Of a stretch of 64,000 nucleotides of DNA, positions 21,848-32,032 are shown in pieces (position 1 is the first letter of the stretch; every line of letters starts with the position of its first letter). This DNA comes from Nitrospirota bacterium (lineage in GTDB: Bacteria; Nitrospirota; UBA9217): contig CAWCKW010000012.1 of NCBI GenBank assembly GCA_963796285.1, positions 608,001 to 672,000 of the forward strand, written 5' to 3'. The translations under genes were made by a program, and so were the position numbers. A model generated the notes under the pieces. The model saw only the letters and a list, made by a program, of their open reading frames with translations, had not been told where the DNA came from and did no database searches.

Positions 21848-23140
21848 ATGTCCGATATTAAAAAAATGTATAAAACCATCATGTCCGACAATTTTCCACC
21901 GGAGATGACTATTACCTTCGGTGATCAGAAGCTGGTGTACCGGAAGAGGTCATGGAAGATCGCTGATGAAGGGTCCGGTGAGGTCATCGAGAAAGGCCTG
22001 CGTTATGGCGAGAATCCCGACCAGCAGGCCGCCATGTACCAGCTGGTAAGCGGTAACCTCATGCTCGCCGGGGTGAAGTTCATAGAGCCTGGCAACGGTC
22101 TCGTAAGCACGATCACCGAGGAGCAGATGGTCCAGGCAGGGAAACACCCCGGCAAGACGAACTTCACCGATCTCGATAATGCACTCAATATCCTGAAATA
22201 CCTGATGGACCGTCCCGCGGCTGCCATCATGAAGCACAATAATCCCTGCGGTGCGGCCTATGGAAAGACCGTGGCAGAGGCGTATGACCGGGCGAACATG
22301 GCTGACCGCATCGCGGCTTTTGGCGGCTGTCTTGTAATCAATCGCCCGATGGATAAGCAAACCGCTGAAATGGCGAATATGAATTATTTGGAGGTTGTCG
22401 CGGCGCCGGACTATGAGGAAGGTGCCATAGCAATCTTGTCGAAACGCAAGAACCTGCGCATCATCAGGCTTGAGAAGATCAACGAGCTTGCAAAATACCG
22501 GGATATGAGCGTTGTTGAGTTCAAGGCGCTCATTGACGGCGGTCTTATTGTTCAACAGTCCCAGAAAAATGCGATCCGTAAGAAAGCTGATTTTCAGGAA
22601 GCGAAGACGCTTTACAAAGGCAAGGAGTATAAGATCGAGCGGAAACCGACGGATGAGGAATACGACGACATGCTGTTCGGCTGGAACGTGGAGCAGGGGA
22701 TTACCTCAAACTCGGTCATCTATGTGAAAGACGGCGTGACGGTGGGCATCGGCACTGGCGAGCAGGACCGGGTAGGGGTGGCCGAGATCGCGATCGTCAA
22801 AGCCTATACGAAATATGCGGACGCGCTCTGTTTCAAGAAATACGGGATACCTTATAAACAGTTTGAACTGGAAGCCGTTCAGGGTAAACGGGAGAAGGGT
22901 GCGCTCAAGGAGATCGATGAGCAGACCAGGAAGGACAAAGGCGGTCTCATCGGGTCCACGATGGTATCAGACGCCTTCTTCCCGTTCCGTGATGGTGTCG
23001 ATGTGGGCATTAAAGAGGGAATAGTCGCCATTGTGCAGCCGGGCGGCTCGGACCGGGATTTCGAGGTCATTACAGCTTGCAATGAGGCGAATCCCAAGGT
23101 CACCATGGTCTTTACCGGACAGCGGGTGTTCAAGCATTAG
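21848..23140 (+). CDS. purH: AICAR transformylase (PurH-like, no N-terminal MGS/IMP cyclohydrolase domain)
   Basis: LRYGENPDQQA, KHNNPCG, AFGG, SNS, SDAFFPFRDG, QPGGS. Confidence 0.85.
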   Translation: MSDIKKMYKTIMSDNFPPEMTITFGDQKLVYRKRSWKIADEGSGEVIEKGLRYGENPDQQAAMYQLVSGNLMLAGVKFIEPGNGLVSTITEEQMVQAGKHPGKTNFTDLDNALNILKYLMDRPAAAIMKHNNPCGAAYGKTVAEAYDRANMADRIAAFGGCLVINRPMDKQTAEMANMNYLEVVAAPDYEEGAIAILSKRKNLRIIRLEKINELAKYRDMSVVEFKALIDGGLIVQQSQKNAIRKKADFQEAKTLYKGKEYKIERKPTDEEYDDMLFGWNVEQGITSNSVIYVKDGVTVGIGTGEQDRVGVAEIAIVKAYTKYADALCFKKYGIPYKQFELEAVQGKREKGALKEIDEQTRKDKGGLIGSTMVSDAFFPFRDGVDVGIKEGIVAIVQPGGSDRDFEVITACNEANPKVTMVFTGQRVFKH

Positions 23141-23427
23141 CTCAGACCCGCAGAACCCGTTTTATTAAATATACCCTCAGATCAGCCGTGGAAACGAGCG
23201 GGACACATCTGGGGGCATTCATTTTTAGTATTGAATCGTGCTTTCCCGGCAGGCAAAGAACCCTCATTCTTTCTCCAAATTCAGTTATTCACGAACCGCT
23301 TTTACCAAGTGTCGTCTTGACTACCATGGCGTTATTGCTTATAATTGAATTCATTGGAGCGCGGGCTGGTAAGCTAGTGTAGTTGGATTTGGTTTGTTCA
23401 AATATGAAAGATCGAGGGAGAATCTGA

Positions 23428-23611
23428 ATGATTAATAAAGATAACATGCCTCATTTGTGAAGCGGCAAATTATTTCAAGGAAGAGATCCTTGAGATCATG
23501 CCGGATATTTCGATTGCCCAGCTTGCTGACATGGTGTCATTATATATTTACTATCAATATGGCATTACCAAAGAAGAAGCGAAGAAGGTTATTGAAACAA
23601 CCTGTTTATGA
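23428..23611 (+). CDS. Putative ~60-aa CxxC protein (needs one-base correction near 23444)
   Basis: GAGGGAG RBS and ATG; corrected reading MINKDTCLICEAANYFKEEILEIMPDISIAQLADMVSLYIYYQYGITKEEAKKVIETTCL*. Confidence 0.5.
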
Positions 23612-23771
23612 AAACTGCATGAGTTTCAGGAAGAAGGCATCACCCAACAACTGAATCATAACTTGATTATTTCCAACAGTAATGATTGGCGGCAGGTTGA
23701 ACGGGAACAGGTTTTGATTATATTATCCGGTCGTTATTGGTTTTAATAGAGCTGCCAAAAGATATCATGCT

Positions 23772-24551
23772 TCACATTAAAGCCTTTATCTCCCGCATCT
23801 TTTCTTCCGCGGCCTTTTTGCCCCGCTTCAGCAGTTCCTTTGATTTCGAGAGATCATACAGGGGGATCCCCCTGGCATTCACCTGAATCATCACGTCCGC
23901 GAGCTTTTCCTCTTCCCGCGCGTTCCGCGACGCCCAGAGCGCCGAAAGGTGCGCTGCGATCTTCACCATATTGTCGAATTGCTCCATTTCCAGTGCCTTG
24001 AAATTCACATTTACCGCGATCACTTTCTTTAAGCCCAATTCTTCTCGAACCGTTCTAACCGGGATCTGGCTGGAAACGCCGCCATCGACGAGGGACTTCT
24101 TGTTGATCTCCGTGGGCGTAAAGACGACAGGAAGGCTGCAACTGGCCTGGACTGCCCGGGCAATGGATCCCGTGGTGATGCTGACCTTCTCTCCGGTACG
24201 GAGGTCAGTAGCAACAGCGGCAAAGGGGAGGGGCAGGGCAGAGAACTTTTTAATGGGAAGGATGTTGTCCATGAAGCGGTAGATGCCATCGCTCGATATG
24301 AGGCCTGTCCGGGGGAGGGTGAACTTAAGAAGGTCCATCCATTTGGTTTCCAAAAGAGTGCGCTGGATTTCCGAGACGGGCATGCCGGCGCAATAGAGCG
24401 CGCCGATGATGCTGCCGGCACTGGTCCCGGCTATGGCATGAATAGGAACTCCCTCCTGCTCCAGCACATCCAGAACGGCAATGTGGGCAATGCCGCGCAC
24501 GGCCCCTCCGGAAAGGGCCAGTCCGAATCCGGGATTTGGTGATGGAGGCAT
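23772..24551 (-). CDS. Patatin-like phospholipase (RssA/NTE family)
   Basis: LSGGAVRG, GTSAG nucleophile, DGG. Confidence 0.92.
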   Translation of the reverse strand: MPPSPNPGFGLALSGGAVRGIAHIAVLDVLEQEGVPIHAIAGTSAGSIIGALYCAGMPVSEIQRTLLETKWMDLLKFTLPRTGLISSDGIYRFMDNILPIKKFSALPLPFAAVATDLRTGEKVSITTGSIARAVQASCSLPVVFTPTEINKKSLVDGGVSSQIPVRTVREELGLKKVIAVNVNFKALEMEQFDNMVKIAAHLSALWASRNAREEEKLADVMIQVNARGIPLYDLSKSKELLKRGKKAAEEKMREIKALM

Positions 24552-24911
24552 GTTACCTTATCTTCCCCTGTTTGGAACATGAAAAAATACTTTGAAGGGA
24601 TAACAGGAGTAAAAAGACTGTGTAACTGCTCAGGAGCATCAGAAACCGCGGTGGAAATTGCGGAAACTGGGATCGCTTGGCGAGGCACGATTGTATGCAA
24701 AATTTGTTTGTTTTAACGAATCTGAAAGAACAACCGTGTTCAGCTGTTTGTTATAACACAGTCGAGACCCGTGGTCTTATTCGACCTGTTGTTGTAGTGT
24801 GTTTTGACCTGAGTAGTTACAATCCCGTAACCGGTTTTGTCCTGTAATCCTGTCCTTGAGATTCCGCCCGGGCTTGTTAGTTCCGCAATGGAAATAAAAG
24901 AGAATAGGGAT

Positions 24912-25514
24912 TTATTTTGCTGAAAATCTTTCGACCGCGTTCTTAATGTGCCCTCCAATATCCTCAAAAGCGTAAAGGATGCACAGATAGGTCGAAGAGG
25001 ACTTGGGCGCGCATTCACCGGTTACCAGCCTGTCTTCGTGGGCGGTCGAGAATTCGTTGGCCATGCGCTCCATGGCGTCGGCTTCGGCCCTCGCCGTATC
25101 GAGAGCTGACTGAGCGCCGGTAACAGCTGCCTCACCGGCCTTTTTGAACACTTCTTTGGTTTTGGTGAAGAGTTTGCCGGTTTCGTTGATGGCCTTGTCG
25201 CTGAACAGCATACCCTCCTTGATCCGGCCCCGGCTGTTCTCGGTGATGCGCTTGATGCTGGTCGCGCTCTTCTCAATGTGTGACGGGACGGTCAGGAGCG
25301 CACGGGCTTCGCTGTTGGTCTTTGCCATTTTCGCGAGCGTGGCGGTCAGGATATCTTCCTTGGTATGGATCTCTTTGGCGAGCTCATCGGCCTGATCCAG
25401 AGAGGTGAGCTTGCTCTTCATGAACCCGTCCTCCGTGAGTTCGAGCATCTCCTGCGCTTTGTGTACCAGCAGGTATATCTCTTTTTTCAGGTCTTTTATG
25501 GTCTGTTCCGGCAT
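24912..25514 (-). CDS. PhoU-like domain protein
   Basis: Two helical PhoU-like repeats; HEDRL..GEC motif as in Na/Pi cotransporter C-termini. Confidence 0.7.
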   Translation of the reverse strand: MPEQTIKDLKKEIYLLVHKAQEMLELTEDGFMKSKLTSLDQADELAKEIHTKEDILTATLAKMAKTNSEARALLTVPSHIEKSATSIKRITENSRGRIKEGMLFSDKAINETGKLFTKTKEVFKKAGEAAVTGAQSALDTARAEADAMERMANEFSTAHEDRLVTGECAPKSSSTYLCILYAFEDIGGHIKNAVERFSAK

Positions 25515-25755
25515 AGGATGAACGCTCCTTTCAAATATCTCTGATAGTATTGATGCGGGTGAGGTGATAAAATTTATGAAACTATAGCAGAAAACCGTTG
25601 ATATGACATGTTAAATATTCTTATATGATGATTGTAATGTTTTATAGATTTCGAAATCGTGTAAGCAATTGCGCGATGCGTATGGCTGATAGCATGAATT
25701 ACCCGTATGTCTATAAATATTTTAGCATATTTTGTTTGAGTTGGCGGCTTTTTTC

Positions 25756-25784
25756 TTGACTTAGCATGAGGCCGCTGGTATAAC
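25756..25784 (+). promoter_or_regulatory. Sigma70-type promoter
   Basis: TTGACT-17 nt-TATAAC with TG extension. Confidence 0.6.
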
Positions 25785-25821
25785 CTAACTCATCAATCAT
25801 CCCTCCTGCGCGGAGCAGATA

Positions 25822-27100
25822 ATGCCCTTTTTTGCCGAGGAAATCTTTGTCAGCGACGTACACAAGAAGCCGGTACTCGACCAGATGGGCGAGGAGATCG
25901 GCAGGCTCAAGGACATTATCGTTTCCGGAAGAGAGGCCCTCCCTGCGGTCACTTTCCTGATTGTCGCCTCCGGAAAGACCACCTATCAGATCCCCTGGGA
26001 CCTGATCAACCTCTTTAATAAACGCGTCATCTCCGTCAATACGAACCGCAATAGCCTAACACCGTCCGTGCTATCAACCAATGAGATCCTGCTCTGCAGG
26101 GACATCCTGGACAAGCAGATCGTAGATATTAACGGCGCCAAGCTGGTGCGCGTCAATGATCTCGAACTCGGCGACGTCAAGGGACACCTCTGTCTCGTTG
26201 CTGCGGACATCGGCTTTCGGGGGATCCTGCGCAGGCTCGGGATCGAGGCCCGCGGGGAGAAACTGCTCTCGCTCTTCCGGTACAAACTGCCGAAAAAATT
26301 GATCGGCTGGCACTATCTCCAGACCGTAGAGCCCAAGCTCACGAGGCTGACCCTTACGGTGTCCCGGCAGAAGGTGGCGAGGATCCACCCGGCAGACCTC
26401 GCAGAGATCATCAGCGAAGTCTCACAAAAGGAGCGGACCGCGCTGTTCGGCAGCATGGATGTGGAGACGGCGGCAGAGGCCCTGCATGAACTGGAACCCC
26501 AGGTCCAGGTCGATATCATCGACGACATGTCCAAGGAACAGGCGTCGGACATCCTTGAGCAGATGCCCCCTGATGAGGCGGCTGACGTGCTCGGCGATCT
26601 GCCCGAGGCCAAAGCGCAGGAACTCATCAACCTCATGGAGAAGGAAGAGGCCGAGGACGTCCAGGATCTCATGGAACACGAGGACAACACCGCCGGCGGT
26701 CTTATGACCACCGAATACCTCGCTTTCCCGCCGGACATGACCGTTGAAGAGGCGATCAAGGAACTGCGTCTCGAGGCGCCGGACGTAGAGACGATCTATT
26801 ATCTCTACATCCTGGACCAGCAATGAGCATATTGTCGGCGTCATATCTCTCAAGAACCTTATCCTCGCCATGCCTCAAACGTTGCTGAGCGATATCATGA
26901 TAACGCCGGTCAAAACCCTTCCGCTGGATGCCAGACAAAAGGACGTGGCCGAGTTCATCTCGAAGTATAACCTGCTTGCCGCTCCTGTGGTGGACGAGAA
27001 TGATGTCCTTCGCGGCATTGTGACCGTGGACGACGTGGTGGATTTCCTCTTGCCGACCGCATCACGCAAAAAGCGACCGAAAGCAGATAACCTGCACTAG
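25822..27100 (+). CDS. MgtE-like cytosolic protein (PRC-barrel, MgtE_N and CBS pair; no TM domain; frameshift near 26820)
   Basis: LDKQIVDINGAKLVRVND, HPADLAEI, MPPDEAADVL, TAGGLMTTEY, GIVTVDD. Confidence 0.88.
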
Positions 27101-27147
27101 TGCGTCATATCTCCGATGACGAGTCAAAGGAATGTGTGGTAGGGCCT

Positions 27148-28383
27148 GTGTATGCTCGAATAAAAGAAAAATACATGTGTTAGTTCTCTGTCCGTCTCGG
27201 CCCGGGCATTATAACCGCTAATGTGGACAACGACGCAGGCGGCATTGCCACCTATTCAGTTGCCGGGCGCCCATTTCGGCTATTCACTCCTCTGGACGCT
27301 GATCCCTATAACTATTGCTCTTATCGTAGTGCAGGAGATGGTCGCACGAATGGGTGTGGTGACCGGCAAGACGCTGGCGGATCTGATCAGGGAGAATTTC
27401 GGGGTCAAAGCGACTTTTTTCCTCATGTTGAGCCTGCTGTTCGCGGACATGGGCAATACCGTGGCTGAGTTCGCCGGCTGGGCCTCGGCCATGGAGATGT
27501 TCGGGGTGAACAAGTATGTCTCCGTGCCGATCGGCGCGTTCGCGGTCTGGCTGCTCGTGGTGAAAGGCACCTACCGGTTTGTTGAAAGGATATTTCTTAT
27601 TGCGTGCACCGTCTATTTGACCTACGTGGTTTCGGCATATTTTGTTCATCCGCCGTGGGGACAGATCATGCTCGACACCGTCAAACCGTCCTTTGATTTC
27701 AAAGCCACCTATATTCATGATGCTCATCGGCATTGTCGGGACGACGATAGCGCCGTGGATGCAGTTTTATCTCCAGTCAGCCGTTGTGGAAAAAGATATC
27801 AAAGTAGGAGAATTACGGGGCATCCCGGATGGATGTGATCGTCGGCTGCATCATGACGGACGTCGATAGCATTCTTCATAATCGTTGCGTGCGCCGCGAC
27901 AATGTTCACACACGGCATCAAGATCAACGATGCTAAGGACGCCGCCGTGGCGCTCGCCCCGCTTGCGGGCAAGTACGCTTCGGTACTTTTCGCCATCGGG
28001 CTGGCGAACGCCTCGCTGTTCGCCGCATCCATTCTGCCTCTGGCTACGGCCTATTATGTTTGTGAAGGGATGGGATGGGAGTCCGGCGTTGAACAAGAAC
28101 TTTCAAGACCGCGCCGCAGTTCATGTGGCTCTATACCGGCATGATCGCTGATCGGAGCGCTCATTATCCTGATCCCGAATGCGCCACTTATTCCAATCAT
28201 GTTGGTATCGCAGGTGGTCAACGGCGTCATGCTGCCGTTCGTGCTTATCTTTATGCTCCTGTTGATCAACAATAAGGAGCTTATGGGAGAATACACCAAT
28301 TCGAGGACTGTTTGACATCATCGCCTGGACCACGGTCGTAATCATGATCGCATTAACGTAGCTGACAGCTCCATGGTCTGTGA
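27148..28383 (+). CDS. NRAMP-family divalent metal transporter (many indels; boundaries approximate)
   Basis: GPGIITANVDNDAGGIATYS, QEMVARMGVVTG, GTTIAPWMQFYLQS, SQVVNGVMLP. Confidence 0.85.
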
Positions 28384-28399
28384 CAAGCTTCCTTTACGG

Positions 28400-29102
28400 T
28401 CAGGTCCCATTCCTGTCATACGGAATAGGATCATCCACTCCCGCCTCTTTGAATCCTTTCAACCGCAGCATACAGCTCTCGCACTTGCCGCAGGCCCTGT
28501 CACTGTTCTGGTAGCAGCTCCAGGTCAGGTGGAGCGGCGCGCCGAGTTCCACTGCTTTTCTCACGATCGCCGACTTCTTCAGATGAATGAGCGGAGTGAC
28601 GATCTCGATCCGCGTTTCCGGCTTCGTTCCCATCTCTATGACCTTGTTGAAGGCCTGATAAAATACCTCACGACAGTCGGGATAACCTGAACTGTCCTCT
28701 TCTACGGCGCCGATGAATATCTTTGTTGCGCCGATGACCTCCGCCCACGAAGTGGCAATGGACAAGAAGATGGGCGTTCCGGAAGGGGACGTAGGTCGTA
28801 GGAATTGCGGATTGCGGATTTTGGATTGCAGATTGAGAAGGGTCAACTTCAGGAACTGGGATGTTTTCGTCTGTCAGCGCTGAGCCGCCGATCACCTTCA
28901 GGTGCTCGATACTGACCGTAAGGCGTTTCTCGGCTGTGTAGAAATCCGCTATTCCATTGAATGCCTGCAGTTCCCTCGCCTCGGTCCTTTGTCCGTAATT
29001 CACATGCAGGAACGCCAGCCGGAACCGTTCATTCGCTATCGCGGCCGTGACGCAACTGTCCATGCCGCCGCTCACGAGGATCACTGCAAGTTCTTTTTTC
29101 AT
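28400..29102 (-). CDS. queC: 7-cyano-7-deazaguanine synthase (frameshift near 28763)
   Basis: SGGMDS, YGQR, TYVPFRN, SGYPDCR, TWSCY, CGKCESC. Confidence 0.95.
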
Positions 29103-29339
29103 GGAAGCAGTTTACCAGCAACGTTCCGGAAATTCCACAGCATTTTAGCGCGATGCGTCTCTCGTCTGCAGTGAACGGTCGTCCATCGTCCCGCGCTCTT
29201 TCAATGCGCCCCGTGGATGAGCATGGGAAGACATCGGGTACAGACGATCTTCTCTTCACCCTCATGATAGCATGGAAGGTATACCCTGGTCTTATCGTCC
29301 GTACCACAGACAAAACATTTAAGCTGTATTTTTGACATG

Positions 29340-29555
29340 TCATTCCTCCAACGCGGCGTTGATCTCATCCACGATCTTGTTCGGGTCGAGGTTGTGCATC
29401 ATCGAACCGAAGGACAGAGATTCCACATTGATGCCGGCGCAGGTAAAGCATCCGTTGCCGAAATGTTTCTCGATAACCGCCTTTGCCGCCGGGCTCATGC
29501 GTATCACGTCGCCGATCAGTGTGTCCTTTGTCACTTTAAGCTTTTCCGTAACCAT
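29340..29555 (-). CDS. DUF1858-type small Cys protein (hybrid-cluster-protein-associated redox disulfide domain)
   Basis: TKDTLIGDVI...GCFTCAGINVESL...MHNLD; AAGGAGG RBS. Confidence 0.8.
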   Translation of the reverse strand: MVTEKLKVTKDTLIGDVIRMSPAAKAVIEKHFGNGCFTCAGINVESLSFGSMMHNLDPNKIVDEINAALEE

Positions 29556-29612
29556 AGTGTCCTCCTTTGATAGGTGATTGATCATATGTTACCAGAACGG
29601 GCACGCACCCGT

Positions 29613-29664
29613 TATGACCTGCGTCATATTTATGAACTATGGTATACTATGAGCCATGTCATAG
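29613..29664. promoter_or_regulatory. Two Crp/Fnr-type palindromic operators TATGA-N6-TCATA
   Basis: tatga-cctgcg-tcata at 29613-29628 and c-tatga-gccatg-tcata-g at 29647-29664, between divergent genes. Confidence 0.65.
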
Positions 29665-29724
29665 CGAATCCGGATGGTTTGACGTATACTGCGCCCATCT
29701 TACTACCTGAGGAGGTAATTCATT

Positions 29725-30135
29725 GTGGACAAGTTCGTAAAGGGGTTTATCGTCATGAGTGTCATATATCTCGGTGTTGCAGCCGTCATGGGGATCGTCA
29801 TGCTCGCGAACCAGAACGTGATGGGGCTCAAGTTCGTCCATTCTCACCTGAACATGCTCGGCTGGGTATCGATGATGATCTACGGAGTGGGTTACCATAT
29901 CCTGCCGCGCTTCATGGGACGGGCGCTGTACAGCAATAAGATCGGCGAACTGCAGTTCTATCTCGCGAACATCTCTCTCGTGTCCATGCTCCTGTTCTAT
30001 ACCCTGAACGTTTACAATCCAAGCGATATTTACCGGACCATTACCGTGGTATCGGGGGCCGTCCAGGCATTTACCTTGTTTCTCTTCCTCTACAATATGC
30101 TGATGACGCTTCTCACGAAAGTAAAACAACCGTAA
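29725..30135 (+). CDS. Four-TM membrane protein with conserved His (heme-copper oxidase subunit I / NnrS-like fragment)
   Basis: HSHLNMLGWVSMMIYGVGYHILPRF motif; GAGGAGG RBS. Confidence 0.75.
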   Translation: MDKFVKGFIVMSVIYLGVAAVMGIVMLANQNVMGLKFVHSHLNMLGWVSMMIYGVGYHILPRFMGRALYSNKIGELQFYLANISLVSMLLFYTLNVYNPSDIYRTITVVSGAVQAFTLFLFLYNMLMTLLTKVKQP

Positions 30136-30218
30136 GCGCTTCGTTTGCGCTCATGGTTGATCGTTCCCGGCAGAGGGAACAAGCAACATAAACCATCAGT
30201 TATCGGCTTTTCTTTGAC

Positions 30219-30893
30219 TTACGATGAGAAGCTCATCAGCCCTTCACGGTCCTTGATAATGATCTTCCCGTCCGAATCCGTCACCAGGCCTTCTTTTTTA
30301 AACTTGCTGAAGGTGCGGATGGAGGTCTCAACCGTGGTCCCGACCATGTCGGCAACGTCCTGTTTGGTCAGCCGCATGTCGATCATCAACCCCGCGTCTG
30401 TCTCCACTCCGACCTTGTTCCCCAGCTTGAGCAAAAGCGCCGCGATCCTCGCTTCTACACGCTCAAGGGCGATGTTCTTGAGCGAGTCATAGGAACTCTT
30501 CATCCGGTCGCCGAGCTGGAGCGCAATGCAGAACATGAGGTTCGGGAACCGATCAACAAGCCGCATCAGGTTTTTCCGCGATATTTTCAGGATCTCCGAG
30601 TCTTCCATCGCAACAGCATTGGCGGGGTAGGGGAAATTCCGCAGAACCGCCACACCGCCGAAGATGTCATATGGGGAGATTATCTCCAGGATGATCTCCT
30701 TGCCGTCGTGGGAGATCTTCGTCACTTTTACTTTGCCCGTCAGAACGATATAGAACCACTCCGGTGCATCACCTTCCGTAAAGATGTCATCTTTTTTTCT
30801 GAACAGTGCCGTGGAAAGGTAGTGTTCCAGCTCCTTGAGCTCCTCGTCGGAAAGGTTCTTGAACAGGTCGATCTTCTTGAGGTTCTTAATCAC
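30219..30893 (-). CDS. Crp/Fnr family transcriptional regulator (HcpR/Dnr-like, no FNR Cys cluster)
   Basis: cNMP-binding fold and HTH LTKQDVADMVGTTVETSIR. Confidence 0.93.
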   Translation of the reverse strand: MIKNLKKIDLFKNLSDEELKELEHYLSTALFRKKDDIFTEGDAPEWFYIVLTGKVKVTKISHDGKEIILEIISPYDIFGGVAVLRNFPYPANAVAMEDSEILKISRKNLMRLVDRFPNLMFCIALQLGDRMKSSYDSLKNIALERVEARIAALLLKLGNKVGVETDAGLMIDMRLTKQDVADMVGTTVETSIRTFSKFKKEGLVTDSDGKIIIKDREGLMSFSS

Positions 30894-31377
30894 GATGTTC
30901 TCTCCTCGTTTTCTGAGATATCGGCCTCAGCCGTTTCCAATAGATATATTCTGATGACCCTGGAGCGATCAAGTCGGGAAGTTTTCCGGCCCGCGCGTAG
31001 CCCCGATCATAATAGAAGGCCTGCGCCGTGCGGTTGAACGTCGAAACACAGAGATAGAGGTAGTGAGAATAGCGCGCTGTTTTCTTTTCCGCGAATGTCA
31101 GGAGCCTTCTTCCGATACCATGCCTGCGCATCGATGGCGACACGCCGATGGCGCGGAGATAGCCGCCGCGGGCAAACACCGGTTCCGGAGCGAAGATGAT
31201 GAAACCGGTCACCACCGCTCCATCCATGCAGACATAGGCCTGTTTCAGAAGAATATATTTTTTAAAGTCGATCCGCTCATGCAGCGTCTTCCAGGGCTCA
31301 GAAACTTCGGTGATTTCAGTGCAGGCCTGGATGTGAGAACGCTTCATTGGGACAATGCTGAGAATCCATTTTTTCAC
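30886..31377 (-). CDS. GNAT family acetyltransferase
   Basis: VSPSMRRHGIGRRL acetyl-CoA motif; N..AQAFY...GY. Confidence 0.88.
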   Translation of the reverse strand: MKKWILSIVPMKRSHIQACTEITEVSEPWKTLHERIDFKKYILLKQAYVCMDGAVVTGFIIFAPEPVFARGGYLRAIGVSPSMRRHGIGRRLLTFAEKKTARYSHYLYLCVSTFNRTAQAFYYDRGYARAGKLPDLIAPGSSEYIYWKRLRPISQKTRREHRD

Positions 31378-31995
31378 CTAAATCCTCTTCTTTTCCTCTT
31401 TCAGTCGGTTGAAAAGTTCACGCGCTTGGCGCTCCGTATCCACCCGGGTCCCGGTGTTGTCGATGACGTGATCAGCATGGCCCCGCTTTTCCGAGAGCGG
31501 CATCTGGCTCGCTATTCTGCTCAAAGCCTGTTCGCGGCTGAGGTGGTCCCGGATCGAAAGCCGCTCTATCTGTTGCTCAACATCAGCATAGACCACGACG
31601 GTCTTGTCCATATTCCGGTGATATCCGGTCTCAATGAGTAGTGCAGCATCAAACACAATGATGCTGTCCGGCTGCCAACGACGAAGCTGCTGCACCTGGG
31701 TGGTGTACACATGAAAGACCCTGGGATGCAGGCAGCTGTTAAGCCAGGCCCGCTTCTCCGCATTGTTGAATACTATCTCGCCGAGTTTCCTGCGGTCGAT
31801 GCCGTCATTCGGCAGCAGGATCTCCTGCCCGAAGTAACCGAGCACCTCTTGAAAAGCCTGCTGCCCGGGTTCGAGCAGATCATGTACGATACGGTCGGCA
31901 TCGATGATGTGTGCCCCGAGGTCCTTGAACACGCGCGCCACAAGGCTTTTCCCGCTCGCGATCCCTCCGGTGAGTCCTACAATGGTCATCATCAT
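31378..31995 (-). CDS. coaE: Dephospho-CoA kinase
   Basis: GLTGGIASGKS, DADRI, HPRV, LLIE, SQMP. Confidence 0.96.
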   Translation of the reverse strand: MMMTIVGLTGGIASGKSLVARVFKDLGAHIIDADRIVHDLLEPGQQAFQEVLGYFGQEILLPNDGIDRRKLGEIVFNNAEKRAWLNSCLHPRVFHVYTTQVQQLRRWQPDSIIVFDAALLIETGYHRNMDKTVVVYADVEQQIERLSIRDHLSREQALSRIASQMPLSEKRGHADHVIDNTGTRVDTERQARELFNRLKEEKKRI

Positions 31996-32032
31996 GCCTT
32001 TCGTTCGCTGGTACTGTTATCATCCTACCCGA

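Noticed and set aside
25590-25650. Pho-box-like 11-bp periodic repeats upstream of the PhoU-like gene
   Set aside because: Matches are too degenerate for AT-rich DNA to support.
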